Shown piece by piece: positions 1-11,749 of a DNA stretch of 64,000 nt. The notes below the pieces were generated by a model, which was not told the origin of the DNA, ran no database searches, and saw only the letters and a program-made list of their open reading frames with translations. The stretch covers positions 248,001 to 312,000 of the forward strand of contig JAKMXF010000316.1 of NCBI GenBank assembly GCA_024704765.1, in the 5' to 3' direction. The translations under genes were made by a program, and so were the position numbers. Position 1 is the first letter of the stretch, and each line of letters begins with the position of its first letter. Source of the stretch: Oopsacas minuta (Eukaryota; Animalia; Porifera).

Positions 1-296
1 CTGAAATAGCTTAAGTCATATATATAATGAATGTATAAACATAGAATACAGCAGTAAAGTCCTACATTTGATTGACCACAAAAATAGAAATACTTAACCA
101 TATCATGTGATATTTTACATATTGCTCATTGAATATATCTAGAATCTAATTCATAATTCAAAATGGTATAAATAGAAAGATTTTGGGCCTAATGCACCCT
201 AGTAGCTCACCGTGTGCTAATGGAGCACATTTATCACTTGAGTAAAGGTTTCATATAAGATATTCATATATTATTTCACAACTTAGTGAGATGGAT

Positions 297-378
297 CAGT
301 GGCATAGCAGACCGGGCTGGTTGCGTGAGTCAGGAACCAGCCCGATCCCCCAAGTACCCCAGTTCGTGCTATATATTG
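297..378. mobile_element. Tiny hAT-like MITE remnant with internal 10-bp hairpin
   Basis: Starts CAGTGGCATAGCA and ends TGCTATATATTG (imperfect TIR). Perfect stem CGGGCTGGTT/AACCAGCCCG at 313-344. TSD only 5/8 matching. Confidence 0.3.
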
Positions 379-2473
379 TGATCTATATGGGAATTGATAA
401 TAACTTTGCTCATGTATGGGCATTTTGACATTTAGACTTGTTAAATACGTACAATGACTAATTTTGTCAAATATGGTGATGTAATTCCATAATTTTTCAA
501 ACTGTGCCTTGACAAACGTAATCTAAGTCCAACTACCAGATTGAGAAACGGTCGCAGAGTATTCATTTCTCTCACAACACTACCGCAACAAACACTTAGA
601 TCCATTAGATCTTGGACCATGAATGCAGACCTGTGCATCACAAAAGCTCTGGTTACGCCAATGAGATGGATATCAAAGAGAATATCTATCGAATAAACCA
701 GTTATAGATTTTGGGAACCTGGTATAAGTGCTGAAATTAGTCGACAATCAAGAGATAATGTAATATTTAACGAAAGGCTGAGGGTTAAATTGGAGCTGAA
801 TTCGCAACCTTGATAATCCGAACTCGTTGGATCCTGTAATAAGAGTTCTGATAATAGATGTCGTTGAGGCACAGTGGAAAAGGAAGTGGGGCCAGGGCAT
901 ATTCGGAAAATCGAGGTTGTACTGATTTCGGAGTCTGAAATTGTACAGATTTCGTCCCAAATCGTTAATTCCCAAATTTCATCAGTTTTATGGCATACTA
1001 CTAATATGAAGGGATAATACCCTCATAAGCTCTCAACATATGTAGCAAGTAAGATATCGAACTCCAGATAAATGGAAGGTATAATTCAAGTCCCTTAAGA
1101 TTCGATATAGCTATAGGATAATGTATAAAACAGTGATTATTTAGGTGGAAAGAGGCTTAATTTTTAGAATATTAGACGTTTGCTTCAATTATCTCAGTTG
1201 ATTTAACATGTCTTCAATGTAGAAATACATAAATTCATTATGAATGAACAAGTGTATTGGTTGTTGTGAAAACAAATATCTGCACATTTCTGTTGCTTGA
1301 AATTTGCGGTTTATCAGAATTGATCAAGATGTATTAGTGGAATTTCACTATGGTTACTTGGTAGGAACTTTTATTAGAGTTACTGAAATATGTACATTGA
1401 AGTATTAAATGTAAATATTATACTAAATTACATTAGCTTTGTGTTTGAATCTACAACCTTATAAACTTGATGACAATTTAAAGATAATTTTTCACGGCCA
1501 CATAATATTTGATGAAAATTGTTGTGGTGTTTCGTGGCGTGAACTCACAATGGTTAAAAAATAGATGTTGATAGTATATTTAAAAAATAATTTAACCTGC
1601 ACAAGTGCGCACGAAGTGGAAAATTACATATACTTGCATAGGACTAACAAAATATCTAAATAATACACTACATTAAATTTATTTGTAAAATCAATAATAG
1701 TGGTGATTCGAATGAGAAATTAGAGCTGAGCGGCATATACAGACCTGATATTTGTTAATCACTACCATTTTTCTTTAACTGATAGTGGATGATAAAGACT
1801 AACATATTTGAAAATGGAATATTTACACCAAACAAAATAAAGTATTTCACTGTCTAACCTCTCATTTGACAAGACATCATTTCATAACTTATTTGGTAAA
1901 TTGCAATAGTTTAGGGTGGAATTTCATACCGGAAACTAGAAATTATCCAAATTTCTATCTTGTTTGTAATAAAATTATTGAACAAGTGAGTTGCTAATAT
2001 CAAAAAATTATATGAGAATAAATATCATAGCTACAAATAATTTCAACATTGAAGATTGATGAATAAGAAACGTTAAACATGATTTCAAAGATGGTACAGT
2101 TGATAATATATATTCGACAATTACGCTAATAAATAACGCCACTTCGATCGGAAAAACCTTCACAAATGCAGCTAATGTGAATTCTTTCATATCAATAATA
2201 TATTTACATGGGTTCAAATAAATGAGTTTCTTATCATCGGCGATTATAGACTTTGTCTTAACTCGGCTATGCATGATTACACTTTAGTTCAGCAAAAGAT
2301 GCAACATTTTAAACTAAAAATACATTTAAAATCAGTAATTTTTCGGTAACTATTTCCTCTCAGCCTGAATTAATCGAAAATCAGAATAATTGTAGCTAAA
2401 TTTGTATGGTATCAAGTTCTCAATGTAATGTAATATCATCCCAAATTCGTTATCAATAATGTGGTGGCTTTCA

Positions 2474-2808
2474 ATAACATGACCACTCATAGGAGAGGAG
2501 GAATTGTCAAACTATTTCAACTCTAAACTGCAATATTTATGCTTCCGATCGCGAGTAAAATAGATATGTTGATATTACCTACTAAATTGACATCAGAGAA
2601 TTTGAAAAACTTGATTCAGAAAGAATGCCAGTATAAAATATTACCTGCCTTTTGATAACATGACAACTATTAAGAGTGGAGGAATTTGTGTTATCGATTG
2701 TTAAACTGCAATATTTATACTTCCGGTCGCGAGTAATATACATATGTGAATATTACCTACTAAATCGACACCAGAGAATGTGAAAAAATTGATTCAGAAA
2801 GAATGCTC
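2474..2808. repeat. Diverged tandem duplication, ~181-bp unit
   Basis: ATAACATGAC...AAACTGCAATATTTAT...CGCGAGTAA...ATTACCTACTAAAT...TTGATTCAGAAAGAATGC occurs starting at 2474 and again at 2655; roughly 80% identity by eye. Confidence 0.8.
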
Positions 2809-3184
2809 TTATTTAATAATACCACACTATGCACTGAAAGATATGTCTGAAATGCAGAACATAAGATTCTTGGGGGAAGGACAACTTTCGAATAAATACG
2901 TTTCTACCGGGTATTGGGGCATTATCCTTAAGTTACTCAGCAGAGTTAAGCTACAATCATATTAATCATCTATTCGGCATGTTCTGCAATTTGAATCAAC
3001 TAAATTTTAAAAACTATTTCAAAAATCCCAAAGTATTATTGAGGTTTATCCAAAGGAATTTAATATTGATGAGCATATCCTGAATGCATGAACATTAAAT
3101 AATATCTTCAGATTGTGAATACGGAAGATTACTGTATTCTTCAACTGTATAGCACAATACATGCAACCAAGTTGATAACCATAT

Positions 3185-3415
3185 TTCTAAGTATTATTAG
3201 CGCATTCAGAATATTTCTCACCTTTATGATAACATCTTGGATGGGTGAGAGAATTTCTCATAACTGAAACAATTAAGAGTGATTTGAGGAACTCAATGAC
3301 AAAACAAAGACTAAATTCGCAAAGCCTCATGATTATTGAATATGAAATACTAGATAACATCGATTTTGATGATATGATAGATGATTTTGCAGGGCCGAAG
3401 CTGGTAAAATCCCAA
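3185..3415 (+). pseudogene. hAT transposase C-terminal dimerisation-domain fragment (ZMYM1-like)
   Basis: Frameshifted translation RIFLT..T...GER....K..LRNSMTKQRLNS....IEYEILDNIDFDDMIDDFA matches the hAT dimerisation consensus. Confidence 0.75.
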
Positions 3416-3499
3416 TCTGGATTTGTTGTAAAAGTAATTCCCCTTAGAATTAATGTAATTTCTTAATCTGAGCATTTTTCGGGCGAAATAGGAGAAGTT

Positions 3500-3720
3500 G
3501 GTACTGGTGTCCAGGCTTACCAACACCTAAATACAGCAATGGGTAACTGGGGATAATTGCAATACAGTGGAGTATCTTGGAATTTCCTTGGTAGAAATCA
3601 TGCATCAGGGATCTGAGGGCATTGTATGCTAAGAGGGGTTCTTGCGGGATGCCTCTATGCAAAAACGCTAATTGAACCCCTGTTAGTTGCTTTTCTACTG
3701 TCAAGTAAACCTAATCTCAA
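3500..3720 (+). pseudogene. Possible degenerate non-LTR (L1/Tx1-like) reverse transcriptase fragment
   Basis: LRGVLAGCLYAKTLIEPLL resembles RT motif RGVRQGCPLS.LL....IEPLL; short and degenerate. Confidence 0.3.
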
Positions 3721-4850
3721 AATATTTCTCTTAACAGCGCAGGACTCATTTTGTTTGGAATACATTTTAACAAACTATGTCCTTTGGTTGGTCATTGGCA
3801 AGAATCGAATATGCATAGATGCTGTATCCCTGACTGAAGATATAATCAGGGAGGTAATACCCTCTTGGTTAGTAAATCAACCCGAAGTTTTTCATTCGGC
3901 AAACTGAGACTAGAAATAGTTTTGAAAGCGTATTAGTGAGATAATTAATATTTTTCGCTACGAAACTATTCCTCTCAATAATTAAATTGAATTCTAATTA
4001 GCTCACGTGTATATTTTCTCATTCCAGCACTCCGATTAGCTGAATAAGATTATAATCCAAGCATAGGAGCCGAAAGTTGGGGGTTTGTGAGGGTATACAA
4101 CTAGAATTGACAGAGCGTATACCTCTACAATTCAAATAGGTACAACATACTGACAACAGGGAGTTTTTGCATTTGCATGTAGTTTCCATATTTCAGAAAC
4201 GCCCGTTTGTGGTAAATAGCTACTATCCATGTCCTTAAGTACATAATGATATCATCTTACCAATGAGAGGTAATAGTGAATATGTCCATATATGGCCATT
4301 AGACCCCGCAATAATCTTCATAGATATTATATACAATGATATTACAAGGTGAAGCCCAAAATCATAATGTAGTTGTAGGCATTAGGTAGAGTAGGTCCAA
4401 GATTATCAGCTAACTATCTTTAGATAAATCTAGATATGCGAGCGGATTATTCGCTCCTACATACATATAACTGAATAACTTACAAAAATATGACAATGAT
4501 AAGGATAAATCTGAAATCAGCGTAATAGATTACCCTAGTTTAGTCGTTGGAAGCAAATCTCTACACGGTTAAAATAGCTGTGAAAATGTTCTTCCAGGAT
4601 AATTTAATATAGAAATAGAAATCCAGAATTGGTCAAACGCATTACAGTCTCAAATTAATTCCACAAATAGAACAAAAGTACTTGCACACTCTAAATATAC
4701 ATTTCTAAAACATAGAAATAGGGAGAAAATTTGAAAATTCTCTAAGAACATATACCCAAAGAACTATTTGATTATGTTGGCTTTCATTATCCTGACTGGA
4801 TCGATGAATATATCTATAATTAGATATTTTCTATTTAGACTTACTCATTA

Positions 4851-6180
4851 TCAGGGCGTTCAATAAGTATTGCGGGTCACGATATATCTTAGGAATTAGT
4901 CAAGTAATATATCTAACTTTCATATATTATAAGCCCATATAGTTAAACTCCAAAGACCGAAAGTTTCAAGCTTATTCAATACAAATTATGAATTTTTGGG
5001 ATAGTTACGTGTAGTCAATTTATACCCGCTGTTGAATTTATAGCTTCAAAGGATGATAATTTCAACCTCTAATGGCGAGCTTATATAGAGTTTCGCACAA
5101 TACTCAAGATCCAGTCCGTACAGATCTTCAGTGAGTTACAGGAAATATTGTGCGTGGATTGCCCTTCCAGATCTACTGTAGAGCGATGGGCTGCCCATTT
5201 AGATCTGGTGATGCTGATGTCACAGATTTGCCTCGATCTGGAAGACCGGTATCCGCCACCACTTCAGAGAATATCGCACTCATTGAAAGTATGGTCATGG
5301 AAGACAAGGCATTACTGTTAATCAGTTAAAACAAAGTATGGAGATTTCATCGGGAGCTATTCATACAATTCTAACGACTGAGCTTGGCTACCGATCGATT
5401 TGTGGGAAATGTGTCCCACATAAGCTCAGTGAGAATCAAAGGTTGGCACAACTGAATATTGCCAAGAAACTCTTGGAAACTTATGAGAACTGCGATTCTA
5501 GACGCCTAACAGAGATTATTACTGATGACGAGACGTGGGTGTACTATTCAACAACATATAGCAAGTATAGGAAGCGATCATGGGTGAGGGGCAACGAACA
5601 ACCGACGAAAATTCCTTGGCCCAACTTCAGAAAACCTAAGATTATGTATACCATCTTCCTCAGTAGTCATGGAATTGTCTTGCAATTACCTTGTGAGAGT
5701 GGCAAGGCTGTTACTGCTACTTTCTTTACAGAGCAAGTGCTTCCAAATCTGATAAAAACTATAGAAAAGTACCGCCCGAAAACGGAAACTCGAGGAATGA
5801 AGATTTTAATTGATAACGCCAGTTCCCATACAACTAAGCTTACCAAAAATTTATTGGATGTAGAAGGGTTAGAATTACTTCCCCAACGACCATACTCACC
5901 AGACCTAGCTCCGTGTGATTTTTGGCTATTACCCAAGCTTAAAATCTACCTTCAAGGCAAGATTTTAACACATTACAAGCACTCAGAACGGACCTGTACC
6001 AGTACTTCAAATCCATCCCGAATTAGAGTACAGAAATATGTTTTACATGTGGGTGGAAAGGTTAAATTTTGTGTATCAGTAGGAGGAGATTATTTTGAAT
6101 AAATAATATAGTGAATTAGTGTGTATAGTGTTTGTATCATATTCTATGATATCACTTGCAAGATTTATTGAACGCCCTAG
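4851..6180 (+). mobile_element. mariner (DD34D) transposon, full length, defective
   Basis: TIRs (TC/CT)AGGGCGTTCAATAA...TTGC at both ends, TA on both flanks (4849-50, 6181-82), 1330 bp. Confidence 0.93.
5053..6102 (+). pseudogene. mariner transposase (frameshifted)
   Basis: N-terminal HTH (STVERWAAHF, DLPRSGRP) out of frame with ORF 5338-6102. That ORF carries ITDDETWV, IDNASSH and YSPDLAPCD, with 34 residues between the second and third Asp. Confidence 0.92.
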
Positions 6181-7463
6181 TAAATAGATAATGAGCGAAT
6201 AAATTATTCAATTGCAGATGCATAGAATGCTAATGAGGCTCATTAATTCTGTTAGCAGATTTGAAATACGCCAGTATGAATACCATGAATTGTTTAGACC
6301 AAATGAAATATTTTCGTTTTCATATACCTGCTACTATTGGCAGTATCGATAGAATATTGGCAAACTGCATGAAAATCTTTGAGATCTCTATACAGACTTG
6401 CAAGTATCACTAGTCGGAGATAAAGTCGATTCTTGCAACATTGTTTATTCAATTATGAAGTGGCGCATATTCCAAATACGTGTGCAAAGTGCGACTAGAA
6501 AATATTAAATTCGAAAGATATCCATAATATCAGTCAGGAAATGTAAACTGACATACTTAAATAGTTCTTTTGTGTATATTATCATATGAATATTCAAATA
6601 TTTGCCGTATTCCTAGGATTTACAATAGTATGTTAGTTGTGTGCAAGTATTTTTGTTCGGTTAGTGTAGTTGTGTAATCCAATTAATTAGCATGCTGTAA
6701 TTAAACATGGCCAATAGAAAAATGGACTTACGAGTGTTATCTTAGCAGCCGATTCAGCAACCGATTCAAATCCCCACTAAAACACCTTTATCTCAAAAGG
6801 TATGGGTTCTATTTGAAAAGAACCATACCAGTGTCAAGAAGAAAGTTGGTACATTTCATATCATCACTCATAATCGCCAAATTTTGCATGATGAGTAAGC
6901 AATTTTGCATTACATTTTGGTCGAGGTTTTTTATTAATATCTCCTGAAATAATTGTGATAATATCTTATCATTTTAATCATATTTACATCTTACTTGGTA
7001 CATTGTGTATGTCCAATTTGAAATTAAAATAATTATTTTGGAAAAAGTTATGAACGCCCGAACTTTACATAGGAATTACATAGACGACCAGTTTTTGCTT
7101 GATGATTTGTATGCTTTGTAGCTATGTATTGATTACTTGAATATTCTTAGTGTAAATTTACTTATGATGACTAGATTCTTGAGGTCAAATGTATTCCTTC
7201 TCAATTATTAAGACCAGTTATGTCAGTTTAAATTTTTGAACTTAGTATTACGTAAATTAAGAATGTAATTTCAATCAACAAGCATTTGTAACACTGTAAT
7301 TGATTTATTTCGTTTCTCACAACCTTAATACTTTGATATTCTTCAACTTTATTATATTTCAACTTCATTTCTTCCATAAATTTTCTTCATACAACGGTCC
7401 TACTAAATTTCATTTCAATTCAGTCATGTGAGTATCTTTCTTAATTAATTTTGTAATGTTACA

Positions 7464-7647
7464 CAGTCAACTCCCGGTATATCGAACATGGATAATAAGA
7501 AATCCTCGCTATATCGAAGTCTGAGATTATAAAAATATATACTCACAAATAGTTAAAGAAACATAAATGTCATCGGTTATATTGAAATCCGCGTATATAG
7601 AAGTGATTATGGCGGTTCCTTGTTTCCGATATAAGGGGAGTTGACTG
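7464..7647. mobile_element. Tigger/pogo-type MITE (184 bp)
   Basis: TIR CAGTCAACTCCC...GGGAGTTGACTG followed by TA; left flank is CA instead of TA. Confidence 0.75.
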
Positions 7648-7940
7648 TAGTTATATGCAAATGTGTCAGAAAATTAGTCGTTCTTTTTGGCATAGATTGT
7701 GTTCTTACTTCCAACCATGACATCTCTGGAATAATTTGTAACTGCAATTACCCAACTGGGCTACAATGATTTTGATTAACTTAGGGTAGCCTTGGATAAC
7801 GGAGACAGGCGAAGGGCGAAGTCAGTATGGGGAAAGTTATCCATTCTCATATTCAATAAGAATAAGCCAAACACACGTGCTCCTCTCTACTTAAATGGAA
7901 ACTAAATCACAATCATTTTCAGGATTATGTAAAACAAAGT

Positions 7941-8765
7941 ATGGGAGGTAACAGCCGTAAGTTGAATAGCGATTCCGGTACTGATACATTCCAGTTGGCT
8001 GTAGAACACGTTAGCACCAGGTTAGATTCGGATAGTATTTATGTTAATAGTTTAGATCCTAGTATTATTAGTAGTAGTCAATTAGATACAAATTTTAGTG
8101 TAGATAGCTTGGAGTGGGAAGTGTCAAATTGCAAATTTTTGGGCTTATTGGCATCTGGTTGCGAACAACCTGAACTATATAGTTTCAAGAGTTCCCTGTC
8201 CTTTTCTCCTCCTCAGACTGAGGTCACCGATACCCTCTTTTGGACGTACATTGATTGTGATAATCTTCTATGGTTAGACGCACTGAAATTTTTAGGGTCA
8301 GAATTTCCTCGCATTAGTGGCGAATTCATGCTCATTAATGGGATAATCTATGAGGTGCAAAAATTTAATGAGTTTTTATATGAACACCTAAGAAACTTCA
8401 GGCTTGTTAAGAGAGATAGGTGCTTATTAGAAGCATGGATATTAGTTGGCAACATCAACTGTCGAATTTTGGATTTGTTTGGAAGTGCTTATCTCATTAT
8501 CACAGTTGCACAACTCGAGGAATTTCTTAACTTTGCTTTATCCATTCGAGAAAACATGGATCTAATATTTTCATTTCATCCAACTCTGTCAGAAAAACTA
8601 GGCACTGTTAACTCTTCAAATATTCCGTTGTTAGTTGATTCACATCTAAACATGTTATCTAAACTTGCATTTGATATTGACACTCAGAAACTAGTGTTCT
8701 CATCGATAAATATAACGTTAATCATGTGTCACTTGTCCCAACCCCAGATGATGGTGATATTCTGA
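7941..8765 (+). CDS. Uncharacterised 274-aa ORF inside the Mutator element (possible passenger or first exon of the transposase)
   Basis: Long open frame in AT-rich DNA with no recognisable motif. A shifted frame near its end runs to a donor-like CAAG|GTATGG at ~8806. Confidence 0.45.
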   Translation: MGGNSRKLNSDSGTDTFQLAVEHVSTRLDSDSIYVNSLDPSIISSSQLDTNFSVDSLEWEVSNCKFLGLLASGCEQPELYSFKSSLSFSPPQTEVTDTLFWTYIDCDNLLWLDALKFLGSEFPRISGEFMLINGIIYEVQKFNEFLYEHLRNFRLVKRDRCLLEAWILVGNINCRILDLFGSAYLIITVAQLEEFLNFALSIRENMDLIFSFHPTLSEKLGTVNSSNIPLLVDSHLNMLSKLAFDIDTQKLVFSSINITLIMCHLSQPQMMVIF

Positions 8766-8849
8766 ATGAAGTAATCATTGACGAGTCCAGCACTATGGAA
8801 CAAGGTATGGGTAGCTTTTACTTAAATTTATAGAATGGGAAAATATTAC

Positions 8850-9840
8850 TAGAATCGTGGGTGATCGTGTTATACTTCCAAAAGATTGGACTAACTTATT
8901 TAATTCCAAATTGGAAGGAATATTTCATTGTGCACTTTGTTTTAAATACCACAAAATAAACAAATCTAAAAGTAGAAACTGAACAGTTGTTCTTTAGAGC
9001 AAATGCAGAGTGAAAATTTCGCAATTGTTTTACGTTTACATTCATTATTAACAAGAATCCTCTTGAAAGTCACACTAATGATTGAATTATCGTGAATTAC
9101 ATAGTTTCTAGTATTATATCTGATTAACATTTAGACAATAATATTATTTACGCAAGAAATTTGTGTAATTCTATTAGGTTAAAAGTAGCAACACAAATAT
9201 CAAACACATCTGTAAGTAGATATTTCTATAATCAATTCGAGTCTACAAGAAAATAGAAATTTAGCGCTTAATTTCGGCAATCTAAATAAAATTAAAAGCG
9301 CTGCTGTATTAAGGAAGGCAAAATTTGATTCGTCAGGTTTACAGAGGTTCTCTAATGATAATTGGAGTGAATTGATTAGTTTACAACAGTATTATCGGAA
9401 TGCTATAGTGGGTAGTAATGTTAGAGGGTACATACAGTCATTAGGACATAACCCCTTTATTATTCATTTATATACTGAAGACCAAATTAAAATATTAAAA
9501 TGTTTTAAAGATAAAAACATAATTCTTCACCTAGATGCAACTGGCTCAATCATTCGAAAGATTGAACCTTCCCAGCACAAAGTATTTTATTATGCTCTCA
9601 CAGTACAACATCCAACTTGTTCTACCAGTCCCGTACCTCCGGCAGAGATGATCAGTTCTGGTCATACTAGCACTGAGATTAGTTAATTTCTACACAAATG
9701 GTATCTTGATGCAAAGAAAATATTAGGTTATAATATTAACATAGGACAAATTGAGATAGATTTCAGCTGGGCGTTAATTCAAAGTGTGTGTAATGCTTTT
9801 CTTAAATGTGACATCGATACATATCTTGATAAATGTTGGA
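8850..9840 (+). pseudogene. NOF-like MULE transposase, N-terminal and first catalytic half (frameshifted, truncated by nested insertion)
   Basis: KDWTNLF...CALCFKYHKI zinc-finger-like segment; LHLDATGSII (first Asp), KVFYYALTV, PPAEMISS.HTS, IEIDFSWALIQSVC (second Asp). Confidence 0.7.
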
Positions 9841-10241
9841 ATCGGATACCGACAATTCGCACCACGACAATTCGCACCTAATTTAACATGATATTAGTTA
9901 ATTAATTTAATCTAAGTACACGTTAATAATCAATTTTCTAATAATTATTTCTGCACACGGAAAGTCTTAATTGGATAGATAATTCTAATTTTAGATGACA
10001 TGATTCCATGAATCCATTTAATGATATGAATTCCAAAGATTGTTATAGTAAGTATTAAGTAAACACACACGAAGTAAATACTCTTAGGGCAATATTTGGT
10101 AAAGAGGAATGTAGCAAACAGGGTGTGATCACTTGTGATATTTGCAATCCTCGGACATAAATAGAAAATGATCTAGTTCTAACCCAGATTCGTTTGCTCA
10201 TTACAATCATCACAATATATCTTTGAAATTATAACTTCACA

Positions 10242-11691
10242 ATGACGGAACCTCTCGATCAGCCGACCTTTAGGCTGACCAAGTCACAAAGAGGAGGAGA
10301 CAAGCTGTTGGAGGATGGATATTCATTTGGAGTGCAGAGGAGAGTTGGAGATGTGACGCATTGGTTGTGTGAGCAAAGAGGAGTCTGCAAAGCTAGAGTT
10401 CATACCAAAGGGATGGTGATAGTCAAGCGCACGAATGGGCACTCCCATGGGCCTGACGAGCAGGCAGCGGACTGTTGTGAAGCGAAGGCAGGCATGATGA
10501 GGAAAGCACGGGAGTCCCAGGATGGCACAGACCACATAGTGAGCGAGAGTTTGCTAACAGCATCAGAGGGTACTGCTGCTAAACTCCCCAAACTAGACAA
10601 CCTGAAGCGGACGATGCAACGCCAACGTGCTAGTGTACTTGCAGCTCCAGCACAAGCCTACCACTCTAGCAGAGCTAGCTCTACCAGCAGTCTACCAGCA
10701 GACAGCCAAGGGAGAACAGTTCTTACTCTACGACTCTGGTGCAGACGATGTACACAGATTCCTCATCTTCGGGACACAACACAACCTCGGGATGCTACGA
10801 CGAAGCAAGATCTGGCTAGCTGATGGCACCTTCAAGACGGCACCTCCCCTCTTCGTCCAGGTGTATGTGGTGCATAGACTCCGTGGAGGAGATGATTCTA
10901 TGAAGACCGGTCATCTGTTACCGAGCCTGTTCGTGCTACTGCCCAACAAGACGGAGGCTGCCTACCTGAGGATGTGGGAACAGATCCGCCTACTATGTCC
11001 ACTTGCCCAGCCTCAACAGATGCTCCTGAACTTTGAGAAGGGCGCGATTACCAGCTTTGAGCATGTCTGGCCTAACACAGTAGTGAAGTGCTGCTTCTTC
11101 CACCTCACACAGAATATCTGGCGACATGTGCAGTCTGTAGGGCTGCAGTCTGCCCACACACATGACGAAGAGTTGGCTATGCGCATCCAGAGGATACCAG
11201 CCCTTGCTTTTGCCCGACCAGCAGACGTACCCGATCTGTTTGATCAAGTGGCAATGGACCTCCCCCTTACGCCTGAGATAGACGAACTAGTCGACTACTT
11301 TGAGAGGATGTATATCGGTCGCATGCTAGCCAGCGGATACCATGTAGCGGCGACGTTCCCCATTGACCTGTGGCATTACCACTTCAGCACGCCCTTCGGA
11401 CTCCCCCGTACAACCAACGCCGTAGAGGCATGGCACCGCAGCTTCAATGCCACTGTCGGCTGCCATCACCCTACCATATGGAAGTTCTTCCTCTCTCTCA
11501 AGCGTGAGTAGGGCCTAGTGGAGGTGCGGCATACCAACTACCTCGTTGGCAAGCCACCAACCAAGCGGAGGCGGTCCCAACAGAGTGAGGAAGCGTTGAA
11601 GACTCTAGTTCGTGAATATTATTCTCCAGATCGTTCTAAAATGGAGTTCTTGCAGGGTGTAGCATATCATTTCAGCCTGGGAGCCGATTAA
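10242..11691 (+). pseudogene. FLYWCH-MULE transposase, plus-strand arm
   Basis: FLYWCH motif (SQRGG..L..DGY...W.C....CKAR...H.H), ADGTF, LLNFE (catalytic D to N), CFFH, TTNAVEAWH. 1-bp insertion at ~10655 and premature TAG at 11509-11511. Confidence 0.92.
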
Positions 11692-11749
11692 CATGTTAAT
11701 CTAAAGGATTATCTCTAATCAATGTATTTGAGGGCTAGATAATACGGAA

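Larger units (their letters stand above)
4662..6666. mobile_element. Long-TIR Tc1-type MITE (~680 bp) interrupted by the mariner at 4851-6180
   Basis: Left end CACAAATAGAACAAAAGTACTTGCACAC is inverted to right end GTGTGCAAGTATTTTTGTTCGGTTAGTG|TA. Related ends occur at ~40040, ~41530, 43213-44086 and ~45900-46100. Confidence 0.65.

Noticed and set aside
441-1010. Overlapping ORFs with slightly raised GC at the window start
   Set aside because: No recognisable domain in any frame; probably a decayed retroelement fragment, not supportable as a feature.
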